Shown piece by piece: positions 46,961 through 59,990 of a DNA stretch of 64,000 nt (positions are counted from its first letter, which is position 1; the number at the start of each line of letters is the position of its first letter). Where the stretch lies: NCBI RefSeq assembly GCF_963921235.1, contig NC_086097.1:36892001-36956000 (forward strand), written 5' to 3'. The position numbers were made by a program, and so were the translations under genes. The DNA is from Mobula hypostoma. Taxonomy: Eukaryota. The notes under the pieces are model-generated. The model worked only from the letters and a program-made list of their open reading frames with translations. It was not told the DNA's origin and did not search any database.

Positions 46961-49347
46961 CAAATAAAATTACCACGGGCGTCTTTTAAAGTTTCAGCAG
47001 AACTTTGTGCAACTTGGAAAACTCGGCAAGGTGAAAAGTGAAAATTCTGAAGCAAATTATGGCTGTATATCAATGTTGGGCCAAGTTATTAGTATGAGTT
47101 TATGTTACCTAAAAGACTACACCCCTGCCCACCCAGAAACATAAGGAATTGAAATGAGGGTAAGTTATTCAGCTCCTAGTTCCTGCTCTGATATTTAATA
47201 AGATCATGGCTAATCTTCTACTGCATCACCACTTTCTGGCACTAAGACCATGTTCCTTAATACACAAAATATCTAAAAATCTTTTGATCCCTATCTTGAA
47301 TATTCTCAGTGATTGAACCCTCTCTGCCCCCTTAAGTAGTGAATTCCAATGATTCACTACTCTCTGTGTGAAAAAAAACCCTTCTCCTCACCTCTGTGAG
47401 AAGAGAAAAGGGAGCATCCCTTTAGCTAGTGCAAGAGAAGCCCCAGATTGGCTTTGATCCTCGCCATGGTCGAGCGACCTGCCAATGTACACGGTCTAGG
47501 CTCACATGTGAAAAATAGCCAGCCAAGCAAGGTGGCAGCTCCCAAGGAGAACCATAATTCAACAGAACACATACCAGAAGAATAAAAGTCAGGAAAACGG
47601 AAAGTGAAACGAAACTAGTGACACAAATTGTTAGTTGAGAAAACATTTTGATAATTCCAAATAAGGTGGGGCCCTGAAAGATGAGATACGTTTCCATTAC
47701 AATTTGTACATGCACAGTCCTTTTAACAAGGCAAAGCATTCCAAAACTTTGAGTTTTGACTAGACTCCCACCTAAATATAGTAGAATAATCTTTTAATGT
47801 AGAATAAAAACTAGTTATGTTTATAGAAGTATTATGACCCTGTCGTAGTTTTGTATTGCGATGAATCAGTATGAGTGATTCAAAGCTAATGAGAAAAGTG
47901 CTGCCTTGAATTTAAACCCTTACAGCCTTTCAATAAATGACTGCACTGTGCAAACAACAGTGAAAAGTTATTATTGTTTTTGTATTGTTAACCTACATTA
48001 ATAAAGGGAGTTAAAATAACTTAGTTTTATAACGACGCTTGCAACAAAACAGACTCGCTGCCTGTTGATGTGCTATAGATCTCTCAAGTGTTGTCGACAG
48101 TCAATCGCTCCATTACACTGGAGCACGTTCTGTTTATACAGATGTCTGGAGCTTTGCTCAGGATTTTGAGCCCTCCCGGATTTCTGCCAGAAGAAAGAAA
48201 AATAAATCAGAAACATTCTTATATTAAGAGAGTATGATTTCAGCAGTGATTACAAAAAGGGAAAAAAAAGTTGATGAATGATTTAAAATAAGGTTAAATG
48301 AAGGGACGCAGAGAAAACAGTTTGTACATTCTTCTCACTTGCACCTTAAAGGAGCATTATTGTTCTGTGAAACCCACGGAGGTGAACAGCTTAATACAAT
48401 TAGCAGCAGCTTTGACATTATCCAACATGATGGTCGACGGCATTCTGAACGATATTTGTTCTCATAGTGTAAGCAATAGAAGGAAAGCAGCCCGAACCCT
48501 GTACAGACCTACACTGTAGGCTGGTGCTGAGGACTGCCAAGTAGGTGGTTACTCCGTTAGTTTCCCACAATAAAGTTCTCTCCTTTCGCCCAGTTACAGT
48601 TGATCAAGCACAACTACATTAAGTGGAGTGAAAGAGCAGCTCTTTTAGTGTTTAATCGATACGTGAAAGCTCAAATATGAGCTCCGGCCTCTGCAGTCGG
48701 GCAAAGTAGTCATGGAAAATAAACGCAAATGAGGGGTGCAGCATTTGTCCTGTGAGTTCGACTCCTCTTGCTCTGTTTTCTCTGGAACCTTCTTTCCCAT
48801 CGCCCACCCAGTTGGCAAAGGGGGCATGGCCCAACTCCTCAGCCAAACTTCCTGTTGGCTGCCACCTGACCATAGGGAGAACGGTAGAGATGCAGATGTA
48901 GGGAAAAAATACTTCTCCAACTGAATTGGGTCATACAGACAAAAGAGAAAGTAAAATGGGAGCCGGGATGATAAAAAAAAAGTTACCTAAATAAATCCCA
49001 CTTCCCAGTTCTGCAGCCTTATAGCACATAAAGTGCTCATGAGAGTTCCAACTCTAATGACAGTTAAGAGCATCTCCAAAGCATAGTAGGCTGTGGACTC
49101 AGTGCTGCTAAATGGGATTGGTATACACTCTGTGGCCATTTTATTAGGTACATCTGCAGGTGACCTGCTCATTAATGCAAATATCTAATTAGCCAATCGT
49201 GTGGCAGCTACTCAATGCATTAGAGCATGCAGACATGGTCAAGAGATTCAATGTCAGAATGGGCAATAAATGTGATCTAGGTGACTTTGACAATGGAATA
49301 ATTGTTAGTGCCAGACAGAGTGGTTTGAGAATATCAGAAACCGCTCA

Positions 49348-52300
49348 TATAGACATAGAATAGACATAAAAAACCTACAGCACAATAGAGGCCCTTTGGC
49401 CCACTATGCTGTGCTGAACATGTATTTACTTTAGAAATTACCGAGGGTTACCATAGCTCTCTATTTTTCTAAGCTCCATGAACCTGTCCCGGAGTCTCTT
49501 AAAAGACCCTATCACATCCGCCTTCACCACCGTCGCCAGCAGCCCAATCCACCACCCTCTGCATAAAATACTTACCCCTGATATCTCCTCTGTACCTACT
49601 TTCAAGCACCTTAAAACTATGCCCTCTCGTGTTAGCCATTTCAGCCCTGGGGAAAAGCCACTGACTATCCACATGATCAATGCCTCTCATCATCTTCTAC
49701 GCCTCTATCAGGACACCGCTCATCCTCCATCGTTCTAAAGAGAAAAGGCCAAGTTCACTCACACTATACTCATAGGGCATGCTCCGCATTCTAGACAACA
49801 TCCTTGTAAATCTCCTCCTTTCTATAGTTTAAACACCTTTCCTGTAGTGAGGTGACCAGAACTGAGCACAGTACTCCAATTGGGGTCTAACCAGGATCCT
49901 ATAAAGCTGCAACATTACCTCTTGGCTCTTAAACTCAATCCCATGGTTAATGAAGGTCAATGCACCATATGCCTTCTTAACGACAGTCAACCTGCGCAGC
50001 AGCATTGAGTGTCCTATGGACTCGGACCCCCAAGATCCCTCTGATCCTCCAACCTGCCAAGAGTCTTACCATTAATACTATATTCTGCCATATTTGACCT
50101 ACCAAACTGAACCACTCCACACTTATCTGGGTTGAACTCCATCTGCCACTTCTCAGCCCAGTTTTGCATCCTATCAATGTTCCGCTGTAACATCTGACAG
50201 CCCTCCACACTATCCACAACTCCCCCAACCTTTGTGTCATCATCAAATTTACTAACACATCCCTCCACTTCCTCATCCAGGTTATTTATAAAAATTATGA
50301 AGAGTAGGGGTCCCAGAACAGATCCCTGAGGCACATCACTGGTGACCAACCTCCATGCAGAATATGACATGTCTATAACCACTCTTTGCTTTCTGTGAGC
50401 AAGCCAGTTCTGGATCCACAAAGAAATATCCCCTTGGATTCCATGCTTCCTTACTTTCTCAATAAGCCATGCATGGGGTACCTCATCAAATGCCTTGCTG
50501 AAATCCATATACACTACATCTACTGCTCTACTTTCATCAATGTGTTTAGTCACATCCTCAAAATATTCAATCAGGCTCGTAAGCCACGGCCTGCCTTTGA
50601 CAAAGCCGTGCTGACTATTCCTAATCATATTATGCCTCTCCAAATGTTCATAAATCCTGCCCCTCAGGATCTTTTCCATCAACTTACCAACCACTGAAAT
50701 AAGACTCACTGGTCTATAATTTCCTGGGCTATCTCTACTCTCTTTTGTGAATAAGGGAAAAACATCTGCAACCCTCTAATCCGCCGGAACAAAAATCATT
50801 GCCAGAGGATCAGCAATCTCTTCCCTCACCTCCCACAGTAGCCTGGGGTATATCTCGCCCGGTCCTGGTGACTTATCTAACGTGCTGCTTTCCGAAAGCT
50901 CCAGCACATCCTCTTTCTTTATGTCTATATGCTCAAGCTTTACAGTCCACTGTAAGTCAACCCTTCAATTGCCAAGATCCTTTTCCGTAGTGAATACTGA
51001 AGCAAAGTATTCATGAAGTACCCCCCGCTGCCTCCTCCAGTTCCATACACACTTCTCTCACTGTCACTCTTGAGTGGTCCTATTCTCTCACGTCTTATCC
51101 TCCTGCTCTTCACATACTTGTAGAATGCCTTGGGGTTTTCTTTAATCCTGCCCACCAAGACCCTCTCATGGCCCCTTCTGGCTCTCCTAATTTCATTCTT
51201 GAGCTCCTTCCTGCTAGCCTTATAATTTTCTAAATTTCTATCATAACCTGTTTTTCCTTTCTTCTTGACTAGATTTTCAACAGCCTTTGTACACCATGAT
51301 TTTTGTACCCTACCATCCTTCCCCTGTCTCATTGAAATGTACCTATGCAGAACTCCACGCAAATATCCCCTGAACACTTGCCACATTTCTGCCATACATT
51401 TCCCTGAGAACAGATGTTTCCAAGTTCCTGCCTGATAGCTTCATATTTCCCCTTACTCCAATTAAACGCATTCCTAACTTGTCTGTTCCTATTCCTCTCC
51501 AATGCTATGGTAAAGGAGGTAGAATTATGATCACTATCTCCAAAATGCTCTCCCACTGAGAGACCTGACACCTGACAAGGTTCTTTTCCCAATACCAGAT
51601 CAAGTACAGCCTCTCTCCTCTTGCAAGCATATCTACATATTGTGTCAGGAAACCTTCCTGAACACACCTAACAAACTCCACCCCATCTAAACCCCTTGCT
51701 CTAGGAAGATCAATGTTTGGGAAATTAAAATCTCCCACCACAATGACACTGTAATTTTGGTTACCGCTCCTGAATTTGCACTATATAGACTAATCTCATT
51801 GCTTCTTAGAAACATAGGAACATAGAAAACTTACAGCACAATACAGTCTCTTCGGCCCACAGTGCTCTGCCAAACATGTACTTACTTTAGAAATTAATAC
51901 TTACTTTAGAAATTGGTACTTACCTTAGAAATTATTATTACACCTTTCCAGAATCTGTCTCCCTATCTGCTCCTCCATTTCCCTGTCACTATTGAGTGGT
52001 CTATAAAAAACACACAGTAGAGTTATTGACCCCTTCCTGTTCCCAACTTCCACCCACAGAGACTCAGTAGACAATCCCTCCATGACTTCCTCTTTTTCTG
52101 CAGCTGTGACACTATTTCTGATCAGCAGTGCCACGGTCCCACCCTTTTTGTCTCCCTCCCTATGCTTTCTGAAATATCTAAAGCCTGGCACTCAAGTAAC
52201 CATTCCTGCCCCTGAGCCATCCAAGTCTCTGTAAAGGCCACAACATCATAGTTCCAAGTACAGATCCGCGCTCTAAACTCATCCACTTTGTTCATGATGC

Positions 52301-53552
52301 TTCTTGAATTAAAATAGACACATCTCAAACCATCAGTCTGAGTGCATTCCTTCTCTATCACCTGCCTATTTTCCCTCTCACACTGCCTACAAGCTTTCTC
52401 TATCTGTGAGCCAACAGCCCCTTCCTCTGTCTCTTCCCACCTCCCAGCAATTCTAATTTAAACTCGCCCCAACAGTCTTTGCAAACCTCCCTGCCAGGAT
52501 ATTAATCCCCCTTAGATTCAAGTGCAACTTGTCCTTTTTGTACAGGTCACGCCTGCCCCAAAAGAGGTCCCAATGATCCAGAAATCTGAATCCCTGCCCT
52601 TCGCTCCAATCCTTCAGCCACGCTTTTATCCTCCACCTCACTCTATTCCTATACTCGCTGTCGTGTGGCATAGGCAGTAATCCTGAGATTACTACCTTTG
52701 AGGTCCTGCTTCTCAGCTTCTTTCCTAACTCCCTGTAGTCTGTTTTCAGGACCTCCTCCCTTTTCCTACCTATGTCGTTGGTACCAATAGGTACCATGAC
52801 CTCTGGCTGTTCACCTTCCCACTTCAGGATATCGTGGACATGATCAAAAACATTCCAGACCCTGGCACTTGGGAGGCAAACTACCATCCGTGCTTCTTTC
52901 CTGCCTCCACAGAATCGCCCGCCTGACCCCTTGACTATATATAGAGTCCCCTGTCACTGCTGCCATCCTCTTCCTTTCCCTATCCTTCTGAGCCACAGGG
53001 CTGGACTCTGTGCCAGAGACACGGCCACTGTTGCTTCCCCCAGGTGGGTCACTGCCCCCCAACAGTACTCAAATAGGAGTACTTATTGTTAAGGGGGACA
53101 GCGATTGGGGTACTCTCTTGTATCTGACTCTTGCCCTTCCCTCTCCTGACTGTATCCACTTCCCTGTCTCCTGAGGCCCCGGTGCTACTACTTGCCTATA
53201 GCTCCTATCTATCACCTCCTCACTTACCCTGACCAGATGAAGGTCATTGAGCTGCATCTCCAGTTCCCTAACTCGGTCCCTAAGGAGCTGCGGCTCAATG
53301 AACCTGGCATAGATGTGGCAGTCTGGAAGGCTGGGAGTCTCCCAGACATCCCACATTCGACACCCAGTAGAGAACACCGGCCTCACACACATACTTCCTA
53401 TTCCTCACAAGTAGCTTACCTCGCCTAAGCCCCGTTGAAGCAAAGCCCTCCTACTCTGTCACCCGCTCTGTAAAGCCATCTTCTTTTCAAATTCTTCCCG
53501 TCGGTCTAACTCGCTGACATCCCCAAACTTGCGCAGTCGTACCTCGATTAAA
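49348..53552 (-). mobile_element. Full-length degenerate CR1 LINE
   Basis: 5' UTR similar to 16140-16440; ORF1 remnants (53069-53392, 52453-52887: IGTND, DKLHLN); APE (YFNSRSIMNK, ETW, YRP, GDFN); RT (QHGF, DFSKAFD, VPQGSVLGP); tail TAGACATAGAATAGACATA. Confidence 0.93.
51753..51932 (-). mobile_element. Short CR1 3'-tail insertion nested in the CR1 endonuclease region
   Basis: TAGAAACATAGGAACATAGAAAACTTACAGCACAATA...TACTTTAGAAATT matches 49360-49440; it interrupts the codons for NNN/VIVVGDFN. Confidence 0.75.
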
Positions 53553-55339
53553 ACCTGGAATTTTCTCCTGGAGAAAATGATCTCCTGGAATTTTCACACA
53601 CAACATTTTCTGGAGTTCATAGAGAATGGTGCAAAAACACAAAAAAAAACCAAGTTCTGTGGGTGAAAATGCCTTGTTAATGAGAGGTCAGCAGAGAATG
53701 GCCAGACTGGTTCAAGCTGACAGGAAGATGACAGTAACTCAAATAACCACGCATTACAACAGTGAAGTGCAGAAGAGCAGCATCTCTGAACACTCAAAAT
53801 GTCAAACCTCGAAGTGGATGGGCTAGCAGTAGAAGATCATTAGCATACACTCAGTGGCCACTTTATTAGGTACAGGAGGTACGTAATGAGGTAGCCACTG
53901 AGTGTAGGTGGCTACTTGGTTGTCAGCAAGGATACAGGAGACCACAGGTTGTGTTACTGTGCTGTGACTATCAGGCTGCATGTTTCAGAACACCACCTCT
54001 GTCAGGTGAAACAGATTTTCCTCAATCCCTCTCTAATCTGCTACTTATTACCACCTGATAACCAACCTTCTTTTTAAAAGAAATAGATCTCTTCAGTTCA
54101 CCCTGTCGGGGCCTCCCATAATTTAAAACATTTTGATTAAATCTCCCCTTACCAGTGCTGCTATTCCCAAATTCCACACACCAGTCTTAACTCCACACGG
54201 CATTAAATGGAATCAAAGACCTCCATATCAGAACTATTTAAAAGGCTCGTGAATTTCTCTCAGGTTAGCTGCTGAATTATTGTTGGCTCCTGGTGCAATT
54301 GTACACGGTTTCAGAGCTTTTCTGCACTTGGCTAAAGTTTTAATATGCTACTTAGAATGATCTGGGTATCCTAAAGTAATTTTATTGGTGATTTAGAAGC
54401 TTGTGCTGAATCAGGTTCCTTACAGGGGTTGAATCAGAGTGGAGGACTGAAGTGAGACCACACAGAGCAGAACCAGTTTGATGGAAGAGGGAGGTGGAGG
54501 AAAGGGCCCGATCCACTGAGGCTTCAAAGAAAGTAATATCCTTCTCTCTGATTCCACAAGGGTTACTGCTTGAGAGGTGGTGACTGAAATTTTCCAACTA
54601 TAACCTCAGAGCAAGTCAGGGACTACTGTACATCGTCAGTGAAAACTAACTCTGAACCTTTAATTATTACACACCTGGTTCCTCTCCAAAAGTTGCTAAA
54701 AGACATAAGCAACTTCTTGTGGTTCACAGTGACCTACTGCCTTCTGGTAGAGGGTTACTGAGATTTTCTACACCATTCCACAGTTCTACATATTGCAAAC
54801 GTGCTTAGATGCAGCAGGTCTTGCCTGCCCGCACGTTGCCCTCCACATGCCTCATGTAAGCCTACTCGAATATGAATTCCTGAACCAAATATAGATTGAC
54901 TCCCATCCTGCATTAGTAGCTGGTGTACAATGACATCAGTCACAATTCCCTCATTATATGCCCCCTTTATCTGAACCACTGCACGAAGTTATCCGGCGAT
55001 TAAAAGAAATACATTAGCCCACAGATCTGAGTCACGAAGCCAGTCTGAACCAGAGTTCTGTGATCAAGAAAATATACGGGCCAGCACAGAGTCAGCAGGC
55101 TGGCAGCAAGGGGATCAGGAAGAGGGGTATGTTATGGTATCCTCGCTCCTCACAACTTGCGTGTTACTTACTTTCATTCCCCTTAAGTTCCCCTCCAATC
55201 ATTAAATCACAACACTCAATGCCCTCTCCACACTGGCAGCTTTCTGAAAACTGCTGGGTTTGTAGCCTGGATTAAACAGCAATTACCCGAAAACTAGGTG
55301 TGATCGTCATGTGGTGCCACAGATCCACAAACAAACGGA

Positions 55340-55720
55340 GAATGGAGAACGGACAGGAAGAGGCCCTTTAACCCCAACAACTGTGCCAAGCATGACGCCA
55401 AATTAAACTAATCCTTTCTGCCTGCACATGATCCATACACCTTCATTCCCTGTATGCTTATGGGCCGATCTAAAAGTCTCTTGGATGCCCCTCTTACCTG
55501 CTTCTACTTCCACCCCTGAAGCATGCTCCAAGGACCCACCACTCTCTGTGTGAAACCAAAATCTGCCCCCACACATCACCCTTTAAACTTCCCCTTCTCA
55601 TGCTGAAGTTTTTGACGTTTCTACCCTGGGAAGAAGATTCTGTCTGTCTACCCTATCCTTGCCTCTCATAATTATATAAACTTCTAACAGCTCTCTCCTG
55701 AGACTCCAATGAGTCAAACA
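55340..55720 (-). mobile_element. Degenerate CR1 3' end
   Basis: LRRELLEVYIIMRGKDRVDRQNLLPRVE plus 3' UTR remnants. Confidence 0.7.
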
Positions 55721-56130
55721 TCTGGTGGATTTATAGTCCCAAGAAATCCATATGAGCTTTGACTTTAAAACCACAAAACCTGGAAGTCTCCTTCCTGACG
55801 GTAACAATGAGAAGATGGCATGTCCTGGGTGATGGGGGTCTTTAATGATGGATACTGCCTTCCTGGCTCACCGTTCCTTGAAGATGTTTTGGATATTATG
55901 GAGGCTAGTACCCATGATGGAGCTAATTAATTTTAAAACTTCCTGCAATTTACTTTGATCATATGAAGTAGCCACCCCCCACCCCATACCAGATGGTGAT
56001 GCAGCCAGTTAGAATGCTCTCCATGGTACATCTGTAGAAGTTTTCAAGTGTTTTACGTGACAAACTGAATCTCCTCAATCTCCTAATGAAAGACGGTATA
56101 TCCACTGTCTTGCCTTCTTTACAGCTCCAT

Positions 56131-56401
56131 CCTCTGGGCTTCCCCCCTCCCCTTTTCTTTCTCCCTAGGCCTCCTGTCCCATTACCGTTTTGCCAATCTA
56201 CTTTCCAGCTCTTAGCTCCATCCTTCCCCCTCTTGTCTTCTCCTATCATTTCGGATCTCCCTCTCCCACTTTCAAATCTCTTACTATCTCTTCTTTCAGT
56301 GAGTCCTGATGAAGGGTCTCGGCCCGAAACATCGACTATACCTCTTCCTATAGATGCTGCCTGGCCTGCTGCGTTCACCAGCATTTTTTATGTGTGTTGC
56401 T
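56131..56401 (+). mobile_element. PLE 3' UTR/pLTR fragment
   Basis: Close reverse-complement match to 63356-63655. Confidence 0.85.
56302..56337 (+). ncRNA. Minimal hammerhead ribozyme motif
   Basis: AGTC CTGATGA A GGGT CTCG GCCC GAAA CA TC GACT; stems I and II intact, CG>CA change in the stem III palindrome. Confidence 0.65.
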
Positions 56402-58659
56402 CAGTATGTTGTGACTAGGTTAGGTCCTCAGAGATATTAACACCCAGGAACTTTAAATTGCACACTCTCTCCACCTCTGATCCCTCTATGAGGATTGGTT
56501 TGTGTTCCCTCATTCTACCCTTTCCAAAACCCACAATCAGCTCTTTGGTCTTACTAACGTAAGTGCGGGGTTGTTGCTGCAACACCACTCCACTAGCTGG
56601 CATATCTTGCTCCTGTACGCCCTGTACCACACATCCTAAGTGAAACGTGGTCAACCTCGTGGCCACCAATCTACCTCCCTCTCTCCCGGGTTAATGTGGA
56701 AGCAACAATTCACAGGTCATCACCTGCCTGCATTCTGGTTTGCAGATGGAAAACAAGCAAATAAGGATCGGACAATGTAAATCCCACTGGTTTCATTTCT
56801 GTTCTGGCAAGTGTGGAAACATGAGCCCTCATTTCCACTCAACGCGTTCCTTCTCAGCAATCACGATGATGTCACACAGAAGCTATCACTATGGGTTACA
56901 CTTTAGCTGTTCTAAACTGTTACCATAACAGTGTTGCCTCCTTCCCTGTGGGAGGACAGTATCACCTTACATGCTTAATCTGAAGTGCACAGTTCATGCA
57001 CATCACAGGTTTATGGAACGCTGAAGGCTTTGGAACATATCCACTCCCCCACATTCAGCTTCCTGTGCCTTCAACTCTTTAACTGTGTCACTCACCAGCT
57101 CTTCCACAACTAGCCACTGGGCAGCTTTTCCCAGCAGATGGGACAAAACAACTGTATCCAGGCAAGCGTTGAAAGTGCCAGAGGGAGATGGTTTTATAGG
57201 AATACCATATGCTTTGTAAATAAATGTATTCATGTGAAATGATTTAACGTGAATTGATTTTCAACACTTTTGGTCATTAGACACGGTGAGAGAAGAGGCA
57301 TATCTCTCAATTCAGAAAATTACGGCAGTAAGTGGATACTTACGGTGAAAAGATTAACTATTTTTTACTATTTTTACCATTTACCATTACTATTTTTTAA
57401 TCCCAAATTTTGAAATATTGTCATATGTTACACTTAATTTAGCAAAGAATAACAGCATTAAAATGTGGTCATAGTTTGTAAAAAAAAAAGGTCAGTTTTA
57501 ATTCAGAAATGGAAAGTAATAAATTCAGAATCTCCAAACTCCCATATAGATAATTACTACTTGGATAAGTGACTTAAAGATGCCAGTATCCATGAAACTA
57601 TATTACAGAGTGCCTTAAAGCTTTCACAAGAGAAGTGGGAGTACAGCATGGGATGGGGGAGGGTTAAAGGAATCAGGCAGGTAAAATAGAAGCCTTGTGC
57701 TCATGCATCTCGGGAGATCCAGAATCTTTTTTTCAATCTATCAGGAGGTATTCATATCTGGGCATTTCACCTAAAGGCATGGCCTATGAACTGCAATTTA
57801 TTGGAAATATGATCTTCACAAACAGGTCAGACTAATGGGGGAGCTAGGTGCTGATCAGATAAATATGTTCAGAGACCTCACAGTTCAGAAAGCGAAGTGC
57901 AAAAGGACATATTTTTGGCAGTGGGCTACAGAAGACAATATTCCACCTGTAGATTTCCCTCTCCACTCCCGAGCATGGCAGCTCAGCCTGAACAGTCGCT
58001 TCACAAAAACCAGCAACCTACCATTGCTTCATTCCTTGGCCACTTTCCTTTTGAGACCATGCGTGGATACTCTTCAGATAAGCTTGCCTACCTGCTCTTC
58101 AAAGACGTATCAGATTCAGTCCTCACTATCTCGTACAATGGATGTGTACAGCACTTTCCAATAGAGATCGCTGAATACAATTCAGAGCCAGAAAACTTGG
58201 TTTACAAAGAAATGGACCAAAATCTACAACAGTGAAAGACCCTAATGGGAATGTTATCAAGTAGAATTTCAGACCTATCCAGGTAACAGCTTATAAGCTT
58301 TCTACAGCTTATCTAAAGGCTGGTCAGAGGGGTTGCGTTTAAGAAGCGTCTTAAAGGACGAAAGAAAGGTGGAGTTGTGGACCAAGAAGGGATTCCAGAA
58401 GTTGAGTGAAGCTAGTTGGTATCCTCGCAGAGTTCAGCTAACTTGGCACCAGCCTGGGAGTAAACACAAGACTTTCAATGCCACTTTGTCTAATGGAATC
58501 AAAATCTGCACCTCACTAGCATTCTTAGCATTTTTCACCAGCCAGAAAGATTTTTTTCAGCAAATTGAAAAGTTCTGACTTTAAGGAACGAGAATGTAGG
58601 CAGACTACTGCACAGCAGCATATATTGCAAAATGGGCTAAATTAATCCCTTGTTCTTCT

Positions 58660-59200
58660 TGGAGGATTGTGACCATTGGTCTGCTACAGGGATCAGTGCT
58701 GGGACCTATGTTGTATGTCATCTATATTAACAATTTGCACAAGAATGTGATCGGCGCAGTGAGTAAGTTAGTTGATGACAACATGATAAAATGAAGAAGG
58801 TTGTTTAAGATTACAAAAGCATCTAGATCAACTGGGAAATGGGCAAAGAATAGCAGATGGAATTTAACTAGACAAGTGTTGAATTTTGAGCAGTTAAATC
58901 TGGGCAGGACTCTGGAAACTGTTGCAGAACAGAGAGACCTAGGGGTACATGTACAACGTGATCGATAGGACAGTGAAATAAGCATTTGGACACTTGCCTC
59001 CATCAGTCAAGGCAAGTACAAATTTGGATGTCATACGACATTGGTGAGACCATACTTGGAGTATTGTTTGCAGCTCTGGTTGCCCACCAATAGGAAAGGA
59101 TATCTTTAAGCTAGAGACCGTGCGCAAAAGATTCACAAGGAGGTTGCTGGGACTGCAGAGAGTGACATATAAGGAGCAAGTGGATTGGCTAGGACATTCC
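58660..59200 (+). mobile_element. Degenerate CR1 RT fragment
   Basis: CAGGGATCAGTGCTGGGACCT (QGSVLGP) and GTGAGACCATACTTGGAGTATTGT (VRPYLEYC). Confidence 0.75.
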
Positions 59201-59514
59201 TGGAGTGAAGAAAGTGGGTGGTGGGGGTTGTGGAGGGAACTGACAATTATTCTATTCTCAAGATCCTCAACATCAGAAATCAGCATATTTAAACAAACAT
59301 GCAGATTGAAACTTCATGATCATGACACATTAGAAATAAACATCTGCCATCTTGAATCAGGGTCTCCATTGCTTTCCTATTCAAGTTGTTGATACTTTTT
59401 ACTATTAAATAGTCAGGTGCATTTCCGAAGCTGAACTGCTTGATTTACCATGAAATAAGCTAGGTCCCACAGCAAAGTTAATTAAGCGACTGAGTGTTTC
59501 CAGTATTTTCTGTT

Positions 59515-59990
59515 CGAAGTTCAAAGCACAAAGTCAATTTTATTATCAAAGTAAATATATGTTATCCTATACAACCCTGATATTTATTTTACTATGGGCA
59601 TAATCAGCAAATCTATAGAATAGTAACTATAACAGGATCAATCGAAGGTCAGCCAGAGTGCAGAAGACAACAAAATGAGCAAATGCAAATATAAACAAAT
59701 AGCAATAAATAATGAGAACATGAGATAATGAGATAAAGAGACCCTAATGTGAGGTCATTGGTTGTAGGTAACATCTCAACGATGGGGCAAGTGAGTGTAG
59801 TTATCCCCTTTTTATTCAAGAGCCTGATGGTTGAGAGATCGTAACTGTTCTTGAACCTGGTGGTGCGGGTCCTGAGGCTCCTGTACCTTCTACCTGATGA
59901 CAGCAGTGAAAAGAGAACATGACCTGGATGGTGGGGATCTCTGATGATGGATGCTGCTTTCCTATGGCAGCATTTCAGGTAGATATGTTC
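59515..59990 (-). mobile_element. Rex1/Babar LINE 3' end
   Basis: Homologous to 7870-8360 (same 3' UTR and ORF end). Confidence 0.8.

Larger units (their letters stand above)
49126..53904 (+). mobile_element. Tc1-derived non-autonomous element split by a CR1 (halves 49126-49347 and ~53578-53904)
   Basis: TA-flanked TIRs CACTCTGTGGCCA...TTATTAGGTAC and GTACGTAATGAGGTAGCCACTGAGTG. The halves join to match the copy at 35835-36590. Transposase N-terminal remnant RGQQRMARLVQADRKMTVTQITTHYN. Confidence 0.85.
55780..56625 (-). mobile_element. Rex1/Babar-type LINE fragment split by a PLE insertion
   Basis: VSKTKELIVGF...VERVCNLKFLGVNISEDLT (56415-56560) continues as FIRRLRRF...NFYRCTMESILTGCITIWYG (55980-56090). 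Confidence 0.85.

Noticed and set aside
57835..58235. Two overlapping ~110-aa ORFs as a host exon
   Set aside because: No recognisable motif or convincing splice-site pair; lengths are compatible with chance.
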